A stretch of DNA of 61,157 bases, filler included. It is 6 parts of 6 records of this genome, joined end to end, with 100 filler letters (N's around TTAATTAATTAA, not from the genome) between each part and the next. Parts side by side here need not be neighbours in the genome. Positions count along the whole stretch, not along the records: positions 1 to 10,957 come from SRR31156797_2919; positions 11,058 to 21,929 come from SRR31156797_2920; 4 more parts are not named here. The stretch is one strand, 5' to 3'. Below, in pieces: positions 8,551 through 18,816 of this stretch (the first letter of the stretch is position 1; every line of letters starts with the position of its first letter). The notes beneath the pieces were generated by a model, which saw only the letters and a list, made by a program, of their open reading frames with translations, did not search any database and was not told where the DNA came from. The position numbers and the translations under genes were made by a program.

Positions 8551-10842
8551 TTACCAATTCTTCCCGAATTCCATCAATACAAATGCTCCAACATAAAATA
8601 CTGCGGCTATAAGTAATGCAGCTACAAATCCCCATGCAAAAACGATCAGCATGATAGCAACTGAGCCCAGGACAGATGCCGCGCCATTTACGGCAAAACC
8701 CCAATCAACCAGTTCGCCGACTTTAAGAGTTCCCTTGGGGAAAGGCATGCCCATGAAAAAAGCCAGAGGAAATACCATGATGGCAGTTAGCAGTGAACGC
8801 CAAAAGATCGGTAAACCATGAGCATTGTGCACAAGAAATGATGAGGCAAAGATATTGAAAATGACGAGCAGAACAATAGAGGTAAATATCGTTCTGTTAG
8901 AGAATTTCTCCGAAAAACGGCTTCCGATACCCGATGCAAGCAGCATAGAGAACATCACGGTGGCGATACTGTAGAAAGAAGCTCCAATGTACAGTGTATA
9001 TTTCTGCATTAATACGATCTCAATGGAAATATAGGCCAAGCCGAGCAGGAAGAAGTAAAACCAGGGAGCAGCTTTTAACTTTTCCTTACTGATAGCATAG
9101 GGGATGACACATAAAGGTACAACGATCACAATGATCACCAGCATAATGACAAGTAGCAGTACCTTGGTCAAAGGAAAACCTCTGAAATCCGACATAATAC
9201 TGATCTTCTCCAGATTCTTGAAAGAAAAATTCTTCCAGCGTCCAAGTTGGGCGACAAAAGGTGTGTTATCTGACGCGGGTGAAATATTGATATGAGCATT
9301 CTCGAATTCGCTTTTCCATCCATTTTCTATGATATTTGAATAAAAATTGCTTGAATCGGGGTCCGACAGAGGATATTGTATGAATTTAGCACTATAGATC
9401 CCATTATTCAGAACTCCATAGGCATTTTGGATGATGTCATTATCTAAAGCTTGTTTAGACATGAGTAACAAATGCCTGCGCATACCGGGTATCTGGTAAA
9501 CTGCAAGGTGCTTTTCCGGATCGGGAATATCCATTTTTTTCAATGCTTCCATTGCTGAAGATACAATTCGCGGCATGTACATCTGATGTTCCATGGATAA
9601 GAAACCTTTTTCAGATAATGCACGCCAATAATCCATAAATGCTTCAGTCGTAAAAATATAGTTTTCAGCAAAAGCGAACGACCCGGATCCAAGCGCTGCC
9701 CAGGTATTTGAACTAAGAGAATAGATCACGTCGAATTTGTTCTCAAAACGTCGAATATAGGTTCTTGCGTCTTCAGAAATGACCCTGACTCGTTCATGAT
9801 TGTACATATTTCCCGTTAATTCATTACAGGTGACAATGGGGAAATCATCTTTATTTTCAATTGAATCGGGAATAATATATCCGCGGGGATCACCTTTGGT
9901 CATCATCTTGTTAATATGCGGATTGACCTCAACGGCATGGATCTCGGCGGCATCATACCCCAGTGCTTGCAGAACATCGGCGCCACCGCCGGCTCCAAGA
10001 GATAAGAAGGTGCATTCATCAAAGCGATCGATCAGATTTTTAACATCAATATCCCAACCGTCTATCATGGGGTCTTCAATATTTCCATCAAAACCGATAA
10101 CCGGAGAATTGGCAACGTTATCAATATTCAAACCGCGATAGTTGGGTGCATACTCATATAATTTTATTTTTGCCATGGCATCCCAATGTTCATAAACGAC
10201 AGGTGCCCGTTCTTCACGCTGGGTTTGCATAAGCGTATCTGCATTTCCAATACATATTGCCCACAGGATCAAAGCCAATATGGGGACATATTTTTTACCA
10301 CTTGCCATAAAGGCGGCGACCAGTAGAAAAAGAGATACGATAAAGGTGGCATTAAGTGTTCCGATAGTATTCATTAAAATAATGCATATGATCACCGATA
10401 TTCCCGCACCGGCCATATCCGCCATATAGAGTTTGGGCATATCTTTATGATCTGTTTTAAAGATCAATGCCAATGCGAGTCCACCAAAGTAGAAACTGGA
10501 ACTTAAAAGGATCACGGCTGCTATGAATTTTAGGATCATAAAGAATGATGAAAACAGGATTGAAAAATCCAATTGTAACTTGAATAATAGAATGGGGGAT
10601 ATGAATGAAAGCAAAGCCGACAAACCTATATAAAGGCTCATTAGTTTGACATTATTCAGCGGTTTGAACAATCTCAGGCTTAAGCTTCCCATACTAAGTC
10701 CAAGAATGGCAAATGACAGAATGAGAAATGAAAAAGTGTAGTAAAACTCGGCGGACAGGATCCTGGTCCAAACTAATTCCAAACCAATGAAAGAAACGGA
10801 TAGAAGTGCGACCAAAGCATACTTGATTCGTTGCGAATTCAT
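8551..10842 (-). CDS. Membrane-embedded spermidine-synthase-like (SAM-dependent) protein
   Basis: TM bundles at both ends flank a soluble domain with LGAGGGAD, AVEVNP, EDARTY, FDVI, YIFTTEAF. Confidence 0.8.
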   Translation of the reverse strand: MNSQRIKYALVALLSVSFIGLELVWTRILSAEFYYTFSFLILSFAILGLSMGSLSLRLFKPLNNVKLMSLYIGLSALLSFISPILLFKLQLDFSILFSSFFMILKFIAAVILLSSSFYFGGLALALIFKTDHKDMPKLYMADMAGAGISVIICIILMNTIGTLNATFIVSLFLLVAAFMASGKKYVPILALILWAICIGNADTLMQTQREERAPVVYEHWDAMAKIKLYEYAPNYRGLNIDNVANSPVIGFDGNIEDPMIDGWDIDVKNLIDRFDECTFLSLGAGGGADVLQALGYDAAEIHAVEVNPHINKMMTKGDPRGYIIPDSIENKDDFPIVTCNELTGNMYNHERVRVISEDARTYIRRFENKFDVIYSLSSNTWAALGSGSFAFAENYIFTTEAFMDYWRALSEKGFLSMEHQMYMPRIVSSAMEALKKMDIPDPEKHLAVYQIPGMRRHLLLMSKQALDNDIIQNAYGVLNNGIYSAKFIQYPLSDPDSSNFYSNIIENGWKSEFENAHINISPASDNTPFVAQLGRWKNFSFKNLEKISIMSDFRGFPLTKVLLLVIMLVIIVIVVPLCVIPYAISKEKLKAAPWFYFFLLGLAYISIEIVLMQKYTLYIGASFYSIATVMFSMLLASGIGSRFSEKFSNRTIFTSIVLLVIFNIFASSFLVHNAHGLPIFWRSLLTAIMVFPLAFFMGMPFPKGTLKVGELVDWGFAVNGAASVLGSVAIMLIVFAWGFVAALLIAAVFYVGAFVLMEFGKNW

Positions 10843-10930
10843 AGTGACCTCTTAGTAACTGATGCCACACAGCTTCTGGTCAACTAAATATATAAAAAAA
10901 ATTGCACGAGACAAACTCCAAAATTCTCAT

Positions 10931-10957
10931 GTAGGGGCGAAACATCTTTCGCCCCAT
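10931..10957 (+). repeat. GTAG-type REP-like palindrome at contig end
   Basis: GTAG-GGGCGAAA-CATC-TTTCGCCC. Confidence 0.6.
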
Positions 10958-11057
10958 NNNNNNNNNNNNNNNNNNNNNNNNNNNNNNNNNNNNNNNNNNN
11001 NTTAATTAATTAANNNNNNNNNNNNNNNNNNNNNNNNNNNNNNNNNNNNNNNNNNNN
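10958..11057. other. Artificial contig spacer
   Basis: N run with TTAATTAATTAA core (stops in all six frames); composition shifts across it. Confidence 0.99.
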
Positions 11058-12062
11058 CAGTCGGCCCTGATCTCCAGGATCAAGGTAATGGCCAAGATGA
11101 ACATCGCCGAAAAACGGGCCCCCCAGGACGGCCGGCTCGAGGTGAGGATCGGCGATCAGAAGATCGACATCCGTGTATCCACGGTGCCCACCTCCTTTGG
11201 GGAGCGCCTGGTGATGCGGCTGTTGAACAAGTCCGGCTCCCTGCTGGAACTCACGGAGTTTGGTTTTTCAAACAAGGACCTCACCCTCATCAAGGAGCTG
11301 ATCAGCCTTAACAACGGCATCGTCCTCGTCACCGGCCCCACGGGAAGCGGCAAGACCACCACCCTTTATGCGGCCCTGTCGGCCATCAACTCTCCGGACA
11401 AGAACATCATCACCATCGAGGATCCCGTGGAGTACAACCTCCTGGGCATCGGCCAGATCCAGGTCAACCGCAAAACAGGGGTCACCTTTGCCGCGGGCCT
11501 GAGGTCCGTGGTACGCCAGGACCCGGATGTGATCCTCGTGGGAGAGATCCGGGACCTCGAGACCGCTGAAATCGCCATCCAGTCCGCCCTCACCGGCCAC
11601 CTGGTTTTTTCCACCCTCCACACCAACGACTCGGCAGGAGCCGTGACCCGGCTCACGGACCTCGGGGTGGAGCCCTATCTCATCACCTCCTCGGTCAAGG
11701 CGGTGATCGCCCAGCGCCTGGTGCGGGTCCTCTGTGATGATTGCAAAGAGGCCTATTGCCTGAGCGAGGCGGAAATGAGGTACCTCAATATCCAGGACCG
11801 CAAACCCGAGCAATGCAATGCGTTCAAGGCGCAAGGTTGTCCCAACTGCTTTGACACGGGATACACTGGCAGGCAGGCGATCCTGGAGATCATGGAGGTC
11901 GATGAAGAACTCAAATCCAAGATCCTAACCACCTCCGACTCCAACCAGATCAAGGCCCTTGCCCTGAAACACGGCATGCAGACCCTTCGCCAGAACGGCG
12001 TTGACAAGGTCCTGGCCGGTATCACCACGGTGGAAGAGGTGCTGCGTGTCACCCAGGAGTAA
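11058..12062 (+). CDS. gspE: Type II secretion ATPase GspE (5' truncated)
   Basis: [10 protein letters not shown], Walker [38 protein letters not shown], CxxC..CxxC. Confidence 0.92.
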   Translation, partial: QSALISRIKVMAKMNIAEKRAPQDGRLEVRIGDQKIDIRVSTVPTSFGERLVMRLLNKSGSLLELTEFGFSNKDLTLIKELISLNNGIVLVTGPTGSGKTTTLYAALSAINSPDKNIITIEDPVEYNLLGIGQIQVNRKTGVTFAAGLRSVVRQDPDVILVGEIRDLETAEIAIQSALTGHLVFSTLHTNDSAGAVTRLTDLGVEPYLITSSVKAVIAQRLVRVLCDDCKEAYCLSEAEMRYLNIQDRKPEQCNAFKAQGCPNCFDTGYTGRQAILEIMEVDEELKSKILTTSDSNQIKALALKHGMQTLRQNGVDKVLAGITTVEEVLRVTQE

Positions 12063-12402
12063 AGCCTTTTGTGTGATGGCCCTTTGTGCAACCTTTCTCC
12101 TCGCAAGCGCCGCCCGGGCGGCGGACAGCCGGGAGAACAGCCATCCGATCCTGAATTTCTACGGGAAATACATTTCCCCAGCGGACGGGGACCGCTGCAC
12201 CATGGCCCCCTCCTGCTCCGCCTACGCATCCGAGGCCTTCCGGAAACACGGCCCCCTCATGGGATGGATCATGACCTGTGACAGGCTGGTCCGGTGCGGC
12301 AGGGACGAAACCCATCTTTCGCCCACCATCAAAAAAGGCAACACCCGGTTGACCCTGGATCCGGTTTCAGCCAACGACTTCTGGTGGTACGACAAAGAAT
12401 GA
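12046..12402 (+). CDS. YidD-like (haemolytic domain) protein with an apparent signal peptide
   Basis: YISP.DG.RC.M.PSCS.YA.EA..KHG...G..MTCDRL.RC; GTG 12046 after GAGG gives a hydrophobic leader ending AARA. Confidence 0.75.
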   Translation: MSPRSKAFCVMALCATFLLASAARAADSRENSHPILNFYGKYISPADGDRCTMAPSCSAYASEAFRKHGPLMGWIMTCDRLVRCGRDETHLSPTIKKGNTRLTLDPVSANDFWWYDKE

Positions 12403-13328
12403 CGAAAATTCAACGCCTGGTTCAAATCACCCTCTCCCTGTTTGTGTTCATGACCGCCCAGCAGCTCTGGGCCGCCGAAGAAAAGGGCCTCTATATAACC
12501 CCTGACATGCAATATGACTATGCCCGGAAATGCTTTGGGGAAAAAGACTATTCCACGGCCCTGGTGGAGTTCAAGCGGTTTGCGCACTTTTTCCCAAAGG
12601 ACCAGCGGGCAAGACAGGCGAAATTCCTCACCGGCAAGTCCCTCTACCATCTCAAGGACTACAACGCCGCCAAACAGGTATTTGACTCCTTTCTCTACCC
12701 CTTTTCCGATGATACCATGACTGTGGAAGCCTATTTTATGCTAAGCAGCACCTATGAAAGAATGGGAAAAAGCGGACGGGCGGAAACCGTTCTCCAGAAC
12801 CTGCTCCTTTTGACCGGCGACACCAGAACCAAGGACCGCATCCACGCAACCCTGGGATGGACCCACCTGAAGCGCACCCTGGATATGGATCCGACCGCCC
12901 TAAAAACGGCGGAAGCAAACATCAACCAACTCACCCCAACGGGCGCCCAAACCTACGGCAAGGAAAGACTGAAAAAGACCATCACCACCATACGACACGA
13001 AAAGGAAAAGAACCCCAAAATAGCCGGCGCAGCCGCCATAATACCGGGCATGGGCTTTCTCTACTGCGAACGCTACAGGGATGCGGCCATCTCATTTCTC
13101 CTGAACACGGCCCTGATCATGGCGGCCCATGAATCCTTTGATGAAGGCCACGAGGCCCTGGGCGGAGTGATCTCCTTCGTGGAGGCCGGCTTCTACTCCG
13201 GCAACATCTACGGCGCCATATCCAGCGCCCACAAACACAACCGAAACCTGCGCCAACAGTCCCTCCAATCCCTGGAACAAGACCTCAAACACCCAGCAAC
13301 CCTCCCCCTCTTCACCCTCCCCTTCTAG
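12399..13328 (+). CDS. Exported TPR (BamD/YfiO-like) protein with a hydrophobic C-terminal domain
   Basis: ATGA overlap with the upstream stop; signal peptide; TPR helices (DYSTALVEFKRF..FFP); KNP..A....IIPG.G..Y motif. Confidence 0.7.
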   Translation: MTKIQRLVQITLSLFVFMTAQQLWAAEEKGLYITPDMQYDYARKCFGEKDYSTALVEFKRFAHFFPKDQRARQAKFLTGKSLYHLKDYNAAKQVFDSFLYPFSDDTMTVEAYFMLSSTYERMGKSGRAETVLQNLLLLTGDTRTKDRIHATLGWTHLKRTLDMDPTALKTAEANINQLTPTGAQTYGKERLKKTITTIRHEKEKNPKIAGAAAIIPGMGFLYCERYRDAAISFLLNTALIMAAHESFDEGHEALGGVISFVEAGFYSGNIYGAISSAHKHNRNLRQQSLQSLEQDLKHPATLPLFTLPF

Positions 13329-13671
13329 GGTCAGGTCGACACTCTTGACAACCATAGCCCCTTGAACCAACGCCACCTCCAGACAGATGAAATTAACCGG
13401 GGCAAAACTCCGAAATATTTCATCTTTAGAATTATCCACCCTTCCTGAGAACATTACAAACTGCGGAATATACTGTTAGAAGTTTATTACAGATAGGCAG
13501 AAAACAGCTCAACATCTTGTTTAGGCGGCGCATGAATGAATTGTCAAGCGTAACCACAAAAGGAGATGTAGTTGACAGTATATAATACATCACATTAATT
13601 CAAGAAGATCTTATGCCTTCTGAATATGAAACAAATCATTATCTTAATGTTAATAAGGGAGGATACTTGGA

Positions 13672-14228
13672 ATGGGTAATACTCATGAAAAGAATAAATT
13701 CTTTTCGTCCGTTAGCATTTTGGCATTGTTTTTTCTTTTATGTTCTTGCGCCTCAACAAAACCAACAACCGGCCTAACAATGAAGCAGAATTTGTTGGTT
13801 ACTATTATAGCTTCCCTGCTGGCAAAGATAAGTACACGTCCAGTTTACCACCAAGCGAAATCCTAATTAACGCTTTGATCACTACATTAAGAGAAAACGG
13901 ACACGAAGCAACAAGTAATGAGAAAACAGATTCCACAAACCTAATTTTTTCGGTTCAACTTAACAAATTCCTACAAGATTTTGGAGATACGGATATGAAA
14001 GGTAATGTGGCATCAGTATTCTTAGGTCATATTAGTGCCGACATTGAAATTATAAACCTAACCAAGAATCAAGTAGTTTTCAAAAAGACGGTAAACACAA
14101 TTGACTCACAACCATTTACATGGAACCTCAAAAAGAGTTATGAGGAAGCATACAGTAAACATATTAAACAATTTATCGATGATATATTTTTAGATTTCGA
14201 GCTGATTGGAACTCTAAAGAAAATATAG
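13672..14228 (+). pseudogene. Low-GC lipoprotein gene split over two frames
   Basis: GGAGG RBS and lipobox LCSC in ORF 13672-13866; globular body continues in ORF 13740-14228. Confidence 0.45.
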
Positions 14229-14396
14229 GGTTGGGTAACTCCTATATCTAATTCCGGAGACAGCTCACTTAATTCCAACAAAAACATTGTGGTGGGAAAA
14301 TCGCAGATATTTACCTTACCTCCAGCCCTCGAACTTTGCTGTTGCCCATGTCAATAAATCCTTGACATTAAAAATATTAAAGCGGTTAATGGCGCC

Positions 14397-15266
14397 ATGG
14401 ACAACAAGACCGCAATAGTGAACCAGGGTGTGGATTTCATTTTTGACCACCTTTTTGAAAAGATCCGTGTTGAAGAAATCGCAGACCACTGCTGTTTTTC
14501 CCGGCATTACTTCAACCGGCTTTTCAAATCAGTGACCGGAGAGAGCATATATGGGTTCGTCAGGCGGCTGCGCCTTGAAAGAGCGGCCTTTAAACTGATC
14601 AAATTCCCCCATATCAGTATCACGGATGTTGCGGCTGAACTGGGATACAGCTCATCGAATTTTTCAGTGCTGTTCAAAGGGCATTACGGTCTTTCCCCTT
14701 CCCGGTTCCGGTCCGATCCGGGGCTGTCCCTGGGCCCGGAAGCCCGCCCGGTTCTTGAATGGATCCGGGATCTTCAGCAAAGCAGGCCGGAGACCCTGCT
14801 CAAACAGATGGACCGGCAGATCTCAATTCAAACCATCCCGGGTTTCAGGGTCGTGTACCAGCGGTTCAAAGGCAATTACCAGGACCTTCCCCGTGCCTGG
14901 GCCACCTTCTGTGAAGAGATGGAACGCTTTTCTTCCGGTTCTCCCATTGATTTTTACGGGATTTCCTATGATGATCCACTGATTGCCGGACCGCACAGGT
15001 GCCTGTACGATCTTTGTGCCAGAATTACCGGTTCAGCCCGGACATATGGTAAAAACCACCGAAAAATTAACGGGGGCACCTACCTCTGCTACCGGTTTGA
15101 CGGATGGGCCGATGAATTGAAACGGCTCTACAACGATCTGTTTGCCGTATGGATACCCCACCGGGGCCATATCATAGCGCCGGGCCCCTGTTTTGAACGC
15201 TATTATCCGGCAACCGGTCCTGACGGCCGCCTCCTGATGGACCTGTGCATCCCGGTCCTGACCTGA
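14397..15266 (+). CDS. AraC-family regulator with C-terminal GyrI-like effector domain
   Basis: N-terminal HTH (SRHYFNRLFK, ITDVAAELGYSS, FK..YG.SP..FR); GISYDDP, CLYDLC, FERY. Confidence 0.9.
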   Translation: MDNKTAIVNQGVDFIFDHLFEKIRVEEIADHCCFSRHYFNRLFKSVTGESIYGFVRRLRLERAAFKLIKFPHISITDVAAELGYSSSNFSVLFKGHYGLSPSRFRSDPGLSLGPEARPVLEWIRDLQQSRPETLLKQMDRQISIQTIPGFRVVYQRFKGNYQDLPRAWATFCEEMERFSSGSPIDFYGISYDDPLIAGPHRCLYDLCARITGSARTYGKNHRKINGGTYLCYRFDGWADELKRLYNDLFAVWIPHRGHIIAPGPCFERYYPATGPDGRLLMDLCIPVLT

Positions 15267-15348
15267 AAACCTGAAAAAAGGCTCAAATTCAGAAGTAATT
15301 CCGGTCTGCGTCAGATAGACTCTCCTAATTTTTTCAAAGGAGGTTATC

Positions 15349-16677
15349 TTGATGCAAAACAATCATATTGAAGCAAAACCCGCTGCCAAGTTTTTTTCCT
15401 ATGCCTTACCAGCCATTGTGGGGATGCTGCTCACCTCGGGGATGGTGATCATCGACGGCCTGTTCATCGGCAACATCATCGGAGAAATCGGCTTGGCCAG
15501 TGTAAACCTGACACTCCCGGTTCTCTACCTTTTTCTGGGCATCACCATCATGATCGGTGCGGGCGGGGCAGTCAAGGCAGGCCATGCACTGGGGGCCCAA
15601 AAGCCGGATCAGGCCAACAGACACTTCTCATTCACCATTGGACTGGCCCTCATCGGCATCGTCCTCCTGACGATGCTGTGCCTCGTCTTTCTGGATCCTC
15701 TCCTGGATATGCTGAAACCCGGTGAAATGCTTCGCCGGCCTGTTGAATCATACCTGGGTACCATCCTCTGGTTCTACCCGGCCATGATGATCAACATCGT
15801 CTTCTCCATCTTCATCCGGGCCCAGGGCAATCCGGGTCTTTCCCTGTTTTTCGGAGTGGCCGGCAACCTGCTGAACCTGGTTCTGGACTATCTGATGATA
15901 TCCCGCTGGGGGCTTCGCGGGGCAGCGCTGGCATCCGGCATTTCCATGATAGTTCCCATGGGCTGCGGTATTGCCTACTTTCTGTCAGGGCGTTCGGTAT
16001 TGCGGTTTACAAAATTCCCATGGAACCTTCGGGAGATGGGGCAAATCCTGTTCAACGGATCATCGGAAATGATCGGGCAGCTCTCCATCGGTGTGACCAC
16101 CTGGGTGTTCAATATGACGATTCTATCCCGCATGGGGGTTGATGGGGTTGCGGCCTATACCATCGTGGGATATACGGCATTTGTCCAGTTCATGATCGTT
16201 ACGGGGCTTGCAACCGGCCTGGCCCCCATTGTCGGGTACAGTTACGGTGCCGGCAACACCGATCATATTAAACGAATCATGAAGATCGCCCTTGCCTCGG
16301 GATTTATCAGCGGTGTCACCTGCTGGGCGGCCGTCCTGTTTTCATCAGAAGCCATTGCGACCCTGTTCGCTCCGGACAACGGCAACATCCTGCGCCTGGC
16401 CGGCTCCGGCTTCAATCTTTTTGCCTCAGGCTTTATATTGAACGGGTTCAACATCCTGATCACCGCCTATTTTACCTCCATCGGCAATGCAGGGGTATCC
16501 GCCCTGATCGCATCCCTGCGTGGCCTGGTGCTGATCAATCTCTTTGTCCTGCTCCTTCCCGGGGTTATAGGCGATGCCGGGATCTGGCTCAGTTTTCCCC
16601 TGGCTGAACTTGCGACCCTGATCTTCGCCGTCCGCTTTCTGAAAAAAACTGGCTTGCCAAAAAATGGGCAAAATTGA
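15349..16677 (+). CDS. MATE-family efflux transporter
   Basis: About 12 TM segments; IDGLFIGN, RAQGNP, NLVLDY, G.RGAALAS, PIVGYSYGA. Confidence 0.92.
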   Translation: MMQNNHIEAKPAAKFFSYALPAIVGMLLTSGMVIIDGLFIGNIIGEIGLASVNLTLPVLYLFLGITIMIGAGGAVKAGHALGAQKPDQANRHFSFTIGLALIGIVLLTMLCLVFLDPLLDMLKPGEMLRRPVESYLGTILWFYPAMMINIVFSIFIRAQGNPGLSLFFGVAGNLLNLVLDYLMISRWGLRGAALASGISMIVPMGCGIAYFLSGRSVLRFTKFPWNLREMGQILFNGSSEMIGQLSIGVTTWVFNMTILSRMGVDGVAAYTIVGYTAFVQFMIVTGLATGLAPIVGYSYGAGNTDHIKRIMKIALASGFISGVTCWAAVLFSSEAIATLFAPDNGNILRLAGSGFNLFASGFILNGFNILITAYFTSIGNAGVSALIASLRGLVLINLFVLLLPGVIGDAGIWLSFPLAELATLIFAVRFLKKTGLPKNGQN

Positions 16678-16729
16678 ACCTTGAAATTTTGAAGCCGGAT
16701 TCGTACACTATCGGTAAAATACCTTGGAA

Positions 16730-17333
16730 AAACGATTGCAAAGTATGAACCGGTATCTATGCTTGTGAGAAAACAAGATTATGATATCGCCGTAAGACTT
16801 ATTAGCGGAGTGGATAAGCATCGTTATCCCATTGAGCTGATTGAGTTTAATATGAATTAAAAAAACTGCTCGGACTGGAAAAGATTATATGGCTAAAAGG
16901 AATTAAGGGCAAAGATATTACAGATGGACATACTGATTTTTATGCGCGTTTTGCCAAACCCGGTGTGGTGATCGTCAATCGAGATACAGACAAATCGTCC
17001 CATGATTACAGAATAACACGTGAAAACATCGACATTCTTCGATCATCAACAGATGCCGGGGACAACTCTTTGAACCTTATTATCATTGATACGCCATGGG
17101 ATATCAATATGCGTTTTGGAACAAACGACTTTGCAGCGGGTTATGTTGGATGCTATGTTTGCAATGGTGCGGTTGTCATGCAGAAATTCGGCGACAAAAA
17201 CGCTGACGCTGCCGCCAGACAGAAATTATCAAAAGCGTTTCCAGATCACCGGATTGAGCAAATAGCCATTGATGGCATTGCCAGTGGTGGAGGAAGTATT
17301 CACTGTACGACCCAGCAAGAACCCAAGGTATAG
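16730..17333 (+). pseudogene. Agmatine deiminase (AguA/PPAD family) pseudogene
   Basis: Fragments TIAKYEPVSMLV..., then after a frame break ELKKLLGLEKIIWLKG..DITDGHTDFYARF...GGGSIHCTTQQEP; no intact start and the middle part is missing. Confidence 0.8.
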
Positions 17334-17364
17334 TCATAGTATCCTGCGGGAAAAGGTTTACCCC

Positions 17365-18600
17365 CTACTTCACCAGCTGGTTCATCTCAAAGATGGGCAG
17401 GCAGACGGAAAGCACGATGAAGCCCACCACCCCTCCCATGACAAGGATGATCAGGGGCTCCAGGAGCGCCGTCATGGCGGTCACGGAGGACTCCACCTCC
17501 CGTTCATAGAGATCGGCTGTCTTTTCCAGCATCTTCTCCAGCTGGCCGCTCTTCTCTCCGATCTTGATCATCTCCACGGCAAGGGGGGGAAAGACCCGTT
17601 CCGCTTCCAGGGATACCCCCAGCTCCCCGCCCTGCTCCACATCCTTGGCCGCCCGGGAAATGATGGCCGAGATCACCCGGTTGCCCGCGGTGGACTTTGA
17701 GATCCCCAGGGCCGTGAGCATGGGAACGCCGTTGGCGAGAAGGGAGGCAAGGATTCTTGCAAACCTTGCGGCGGCGAGTTTTTTCAGCATCTCCCCAAGC
17801 TTGGGGGTCAGGAACAGGGTATTGTCGATGATATAGGCTCCTTTTTCGGTTCTTGCCATGGCGTAGAGAATAACGCCAATGGAGACCGGCACCATCAGCA
17901 CCACCCACCAGAACTGTTTGAGAAACGAGCTCACCGAAATGAGAAACAGGGTGGGGCCGGGAAGGGTCTGGTTCATGTCTGAAAAGATCGAAATGATGCC
18001 CGGCACGATATAGGCCAGGAGGAACAGGAGCACCAGGGTCCCGACAATGGCCATGAGCACGGGATAGGCCAGGGATGCCTGGATCTTCTTCTTTGTCTCC
18101 TCCCGCTTTTCCGTGATGTCGGCCAGGCGCTCCAGCACGATCTCAAGGGTGCCGGAGGACTCTCCCGCCCGGATCATGTTGACATAGATGGACGAGAAAA
18201 CCGACGGATACATGGCCAGGGCCTCGGCAAAACTCTTTCCCTCCTCGATGGAGCCCTTTATCTTGGACAGAACCTTTTTCAGGGCCTTGGACCGTGTCTG
18301 GGCCACCAGGCTTGAAACAGCGGATATCAACGGAAATCCCGCCGAAAGAAGGGTGGAAAGCTGGCGGGTCACCATGGCGAGTTCCGCGTTTTTGATGCGG
18401 CCAAAGAGAAAGGAGCCCGGCAGGGAGAGTTGGGACATGGTGCCGTTCCCGGACCGCTCCGAATCGACCTCAACAATGGAAGTGGGATAAACGCGCTTCT
18501 CCCTCAGCCGCGTCCTTGCCGACACAAGGCTTTCGGCATCGATGATGCCGGTCTTTTTCTTCCCCCTGTTGTCAAGGGCCTTATATTCATAAACAGGCAT
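17365..18600 (-). CDS. gspF: Type II secretion inner-membrane platform protein GspF
   Basis: MPVYEYKALD, TRQLSTLL.AG, AGESSGTL, LAYP, GEKSGQL, LLEP. Confidence 0.93.
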   Translation of the reverse strand: MPVYEYKALDNRGKKKTGIIDAESLVSARTRLREKRVYPTSIVEVDSERSGNGTMSQLSLPGSFLFGRIKNAELAMVTRQLSTLLSAGFPLISAVSSLVAQTRSKALKKVLSKIKGSIEEGKSFAEALAMYPSVFSSIYVNMIRAGESSGTLEIVLERLADITEKREETKKKIQASLAYPVLMAIVGTLVLLFLLAYIVPGIISIFSDMNQTLPGPTLFLISVSSFLKQFWWVVLMVPVSIGVILYAMARTEKGAYIIDNTLFLTPKLGEMLKKLAAARFARILASLLANGVPMLTALGISKSTAGNRVISAIISRAAKDVEQGGELGVSLEAERVFPPLAVEMIKIGEKSGQLEKMLEKTADLYEREVESSVTAMTALLEPLIILVMGGVVGFIVLSVCLPIFEMNQLVK

Positions 18601-18816
18601 GGATCTTCTCTGAAGTTAGTAGGGTCATGGATGGATTTTCTCTTTTTTAGCATGAGTAATAGTTAACGGAAAATCTACACAAAAAAAGGGGTTATGTAAA
18701 CCGATTTCTTGTTTTTCCTTGACACATGGCCCCATGGAAATATAGGGAGTGTAACTGTTGCTGACGTTCAGGAGACTGGAGAAGAGGGAACTCAAAATGA
18801 AAGGATCAAGGGGCAA

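Noticed and set aside
10958-11057. Recurrent TTAATTAATTAA within N runs (five copies)
   Set aside because: Artificial all-frame-stop linker between contigs; not a biological repeat, and no cross-contig operons should be inferred
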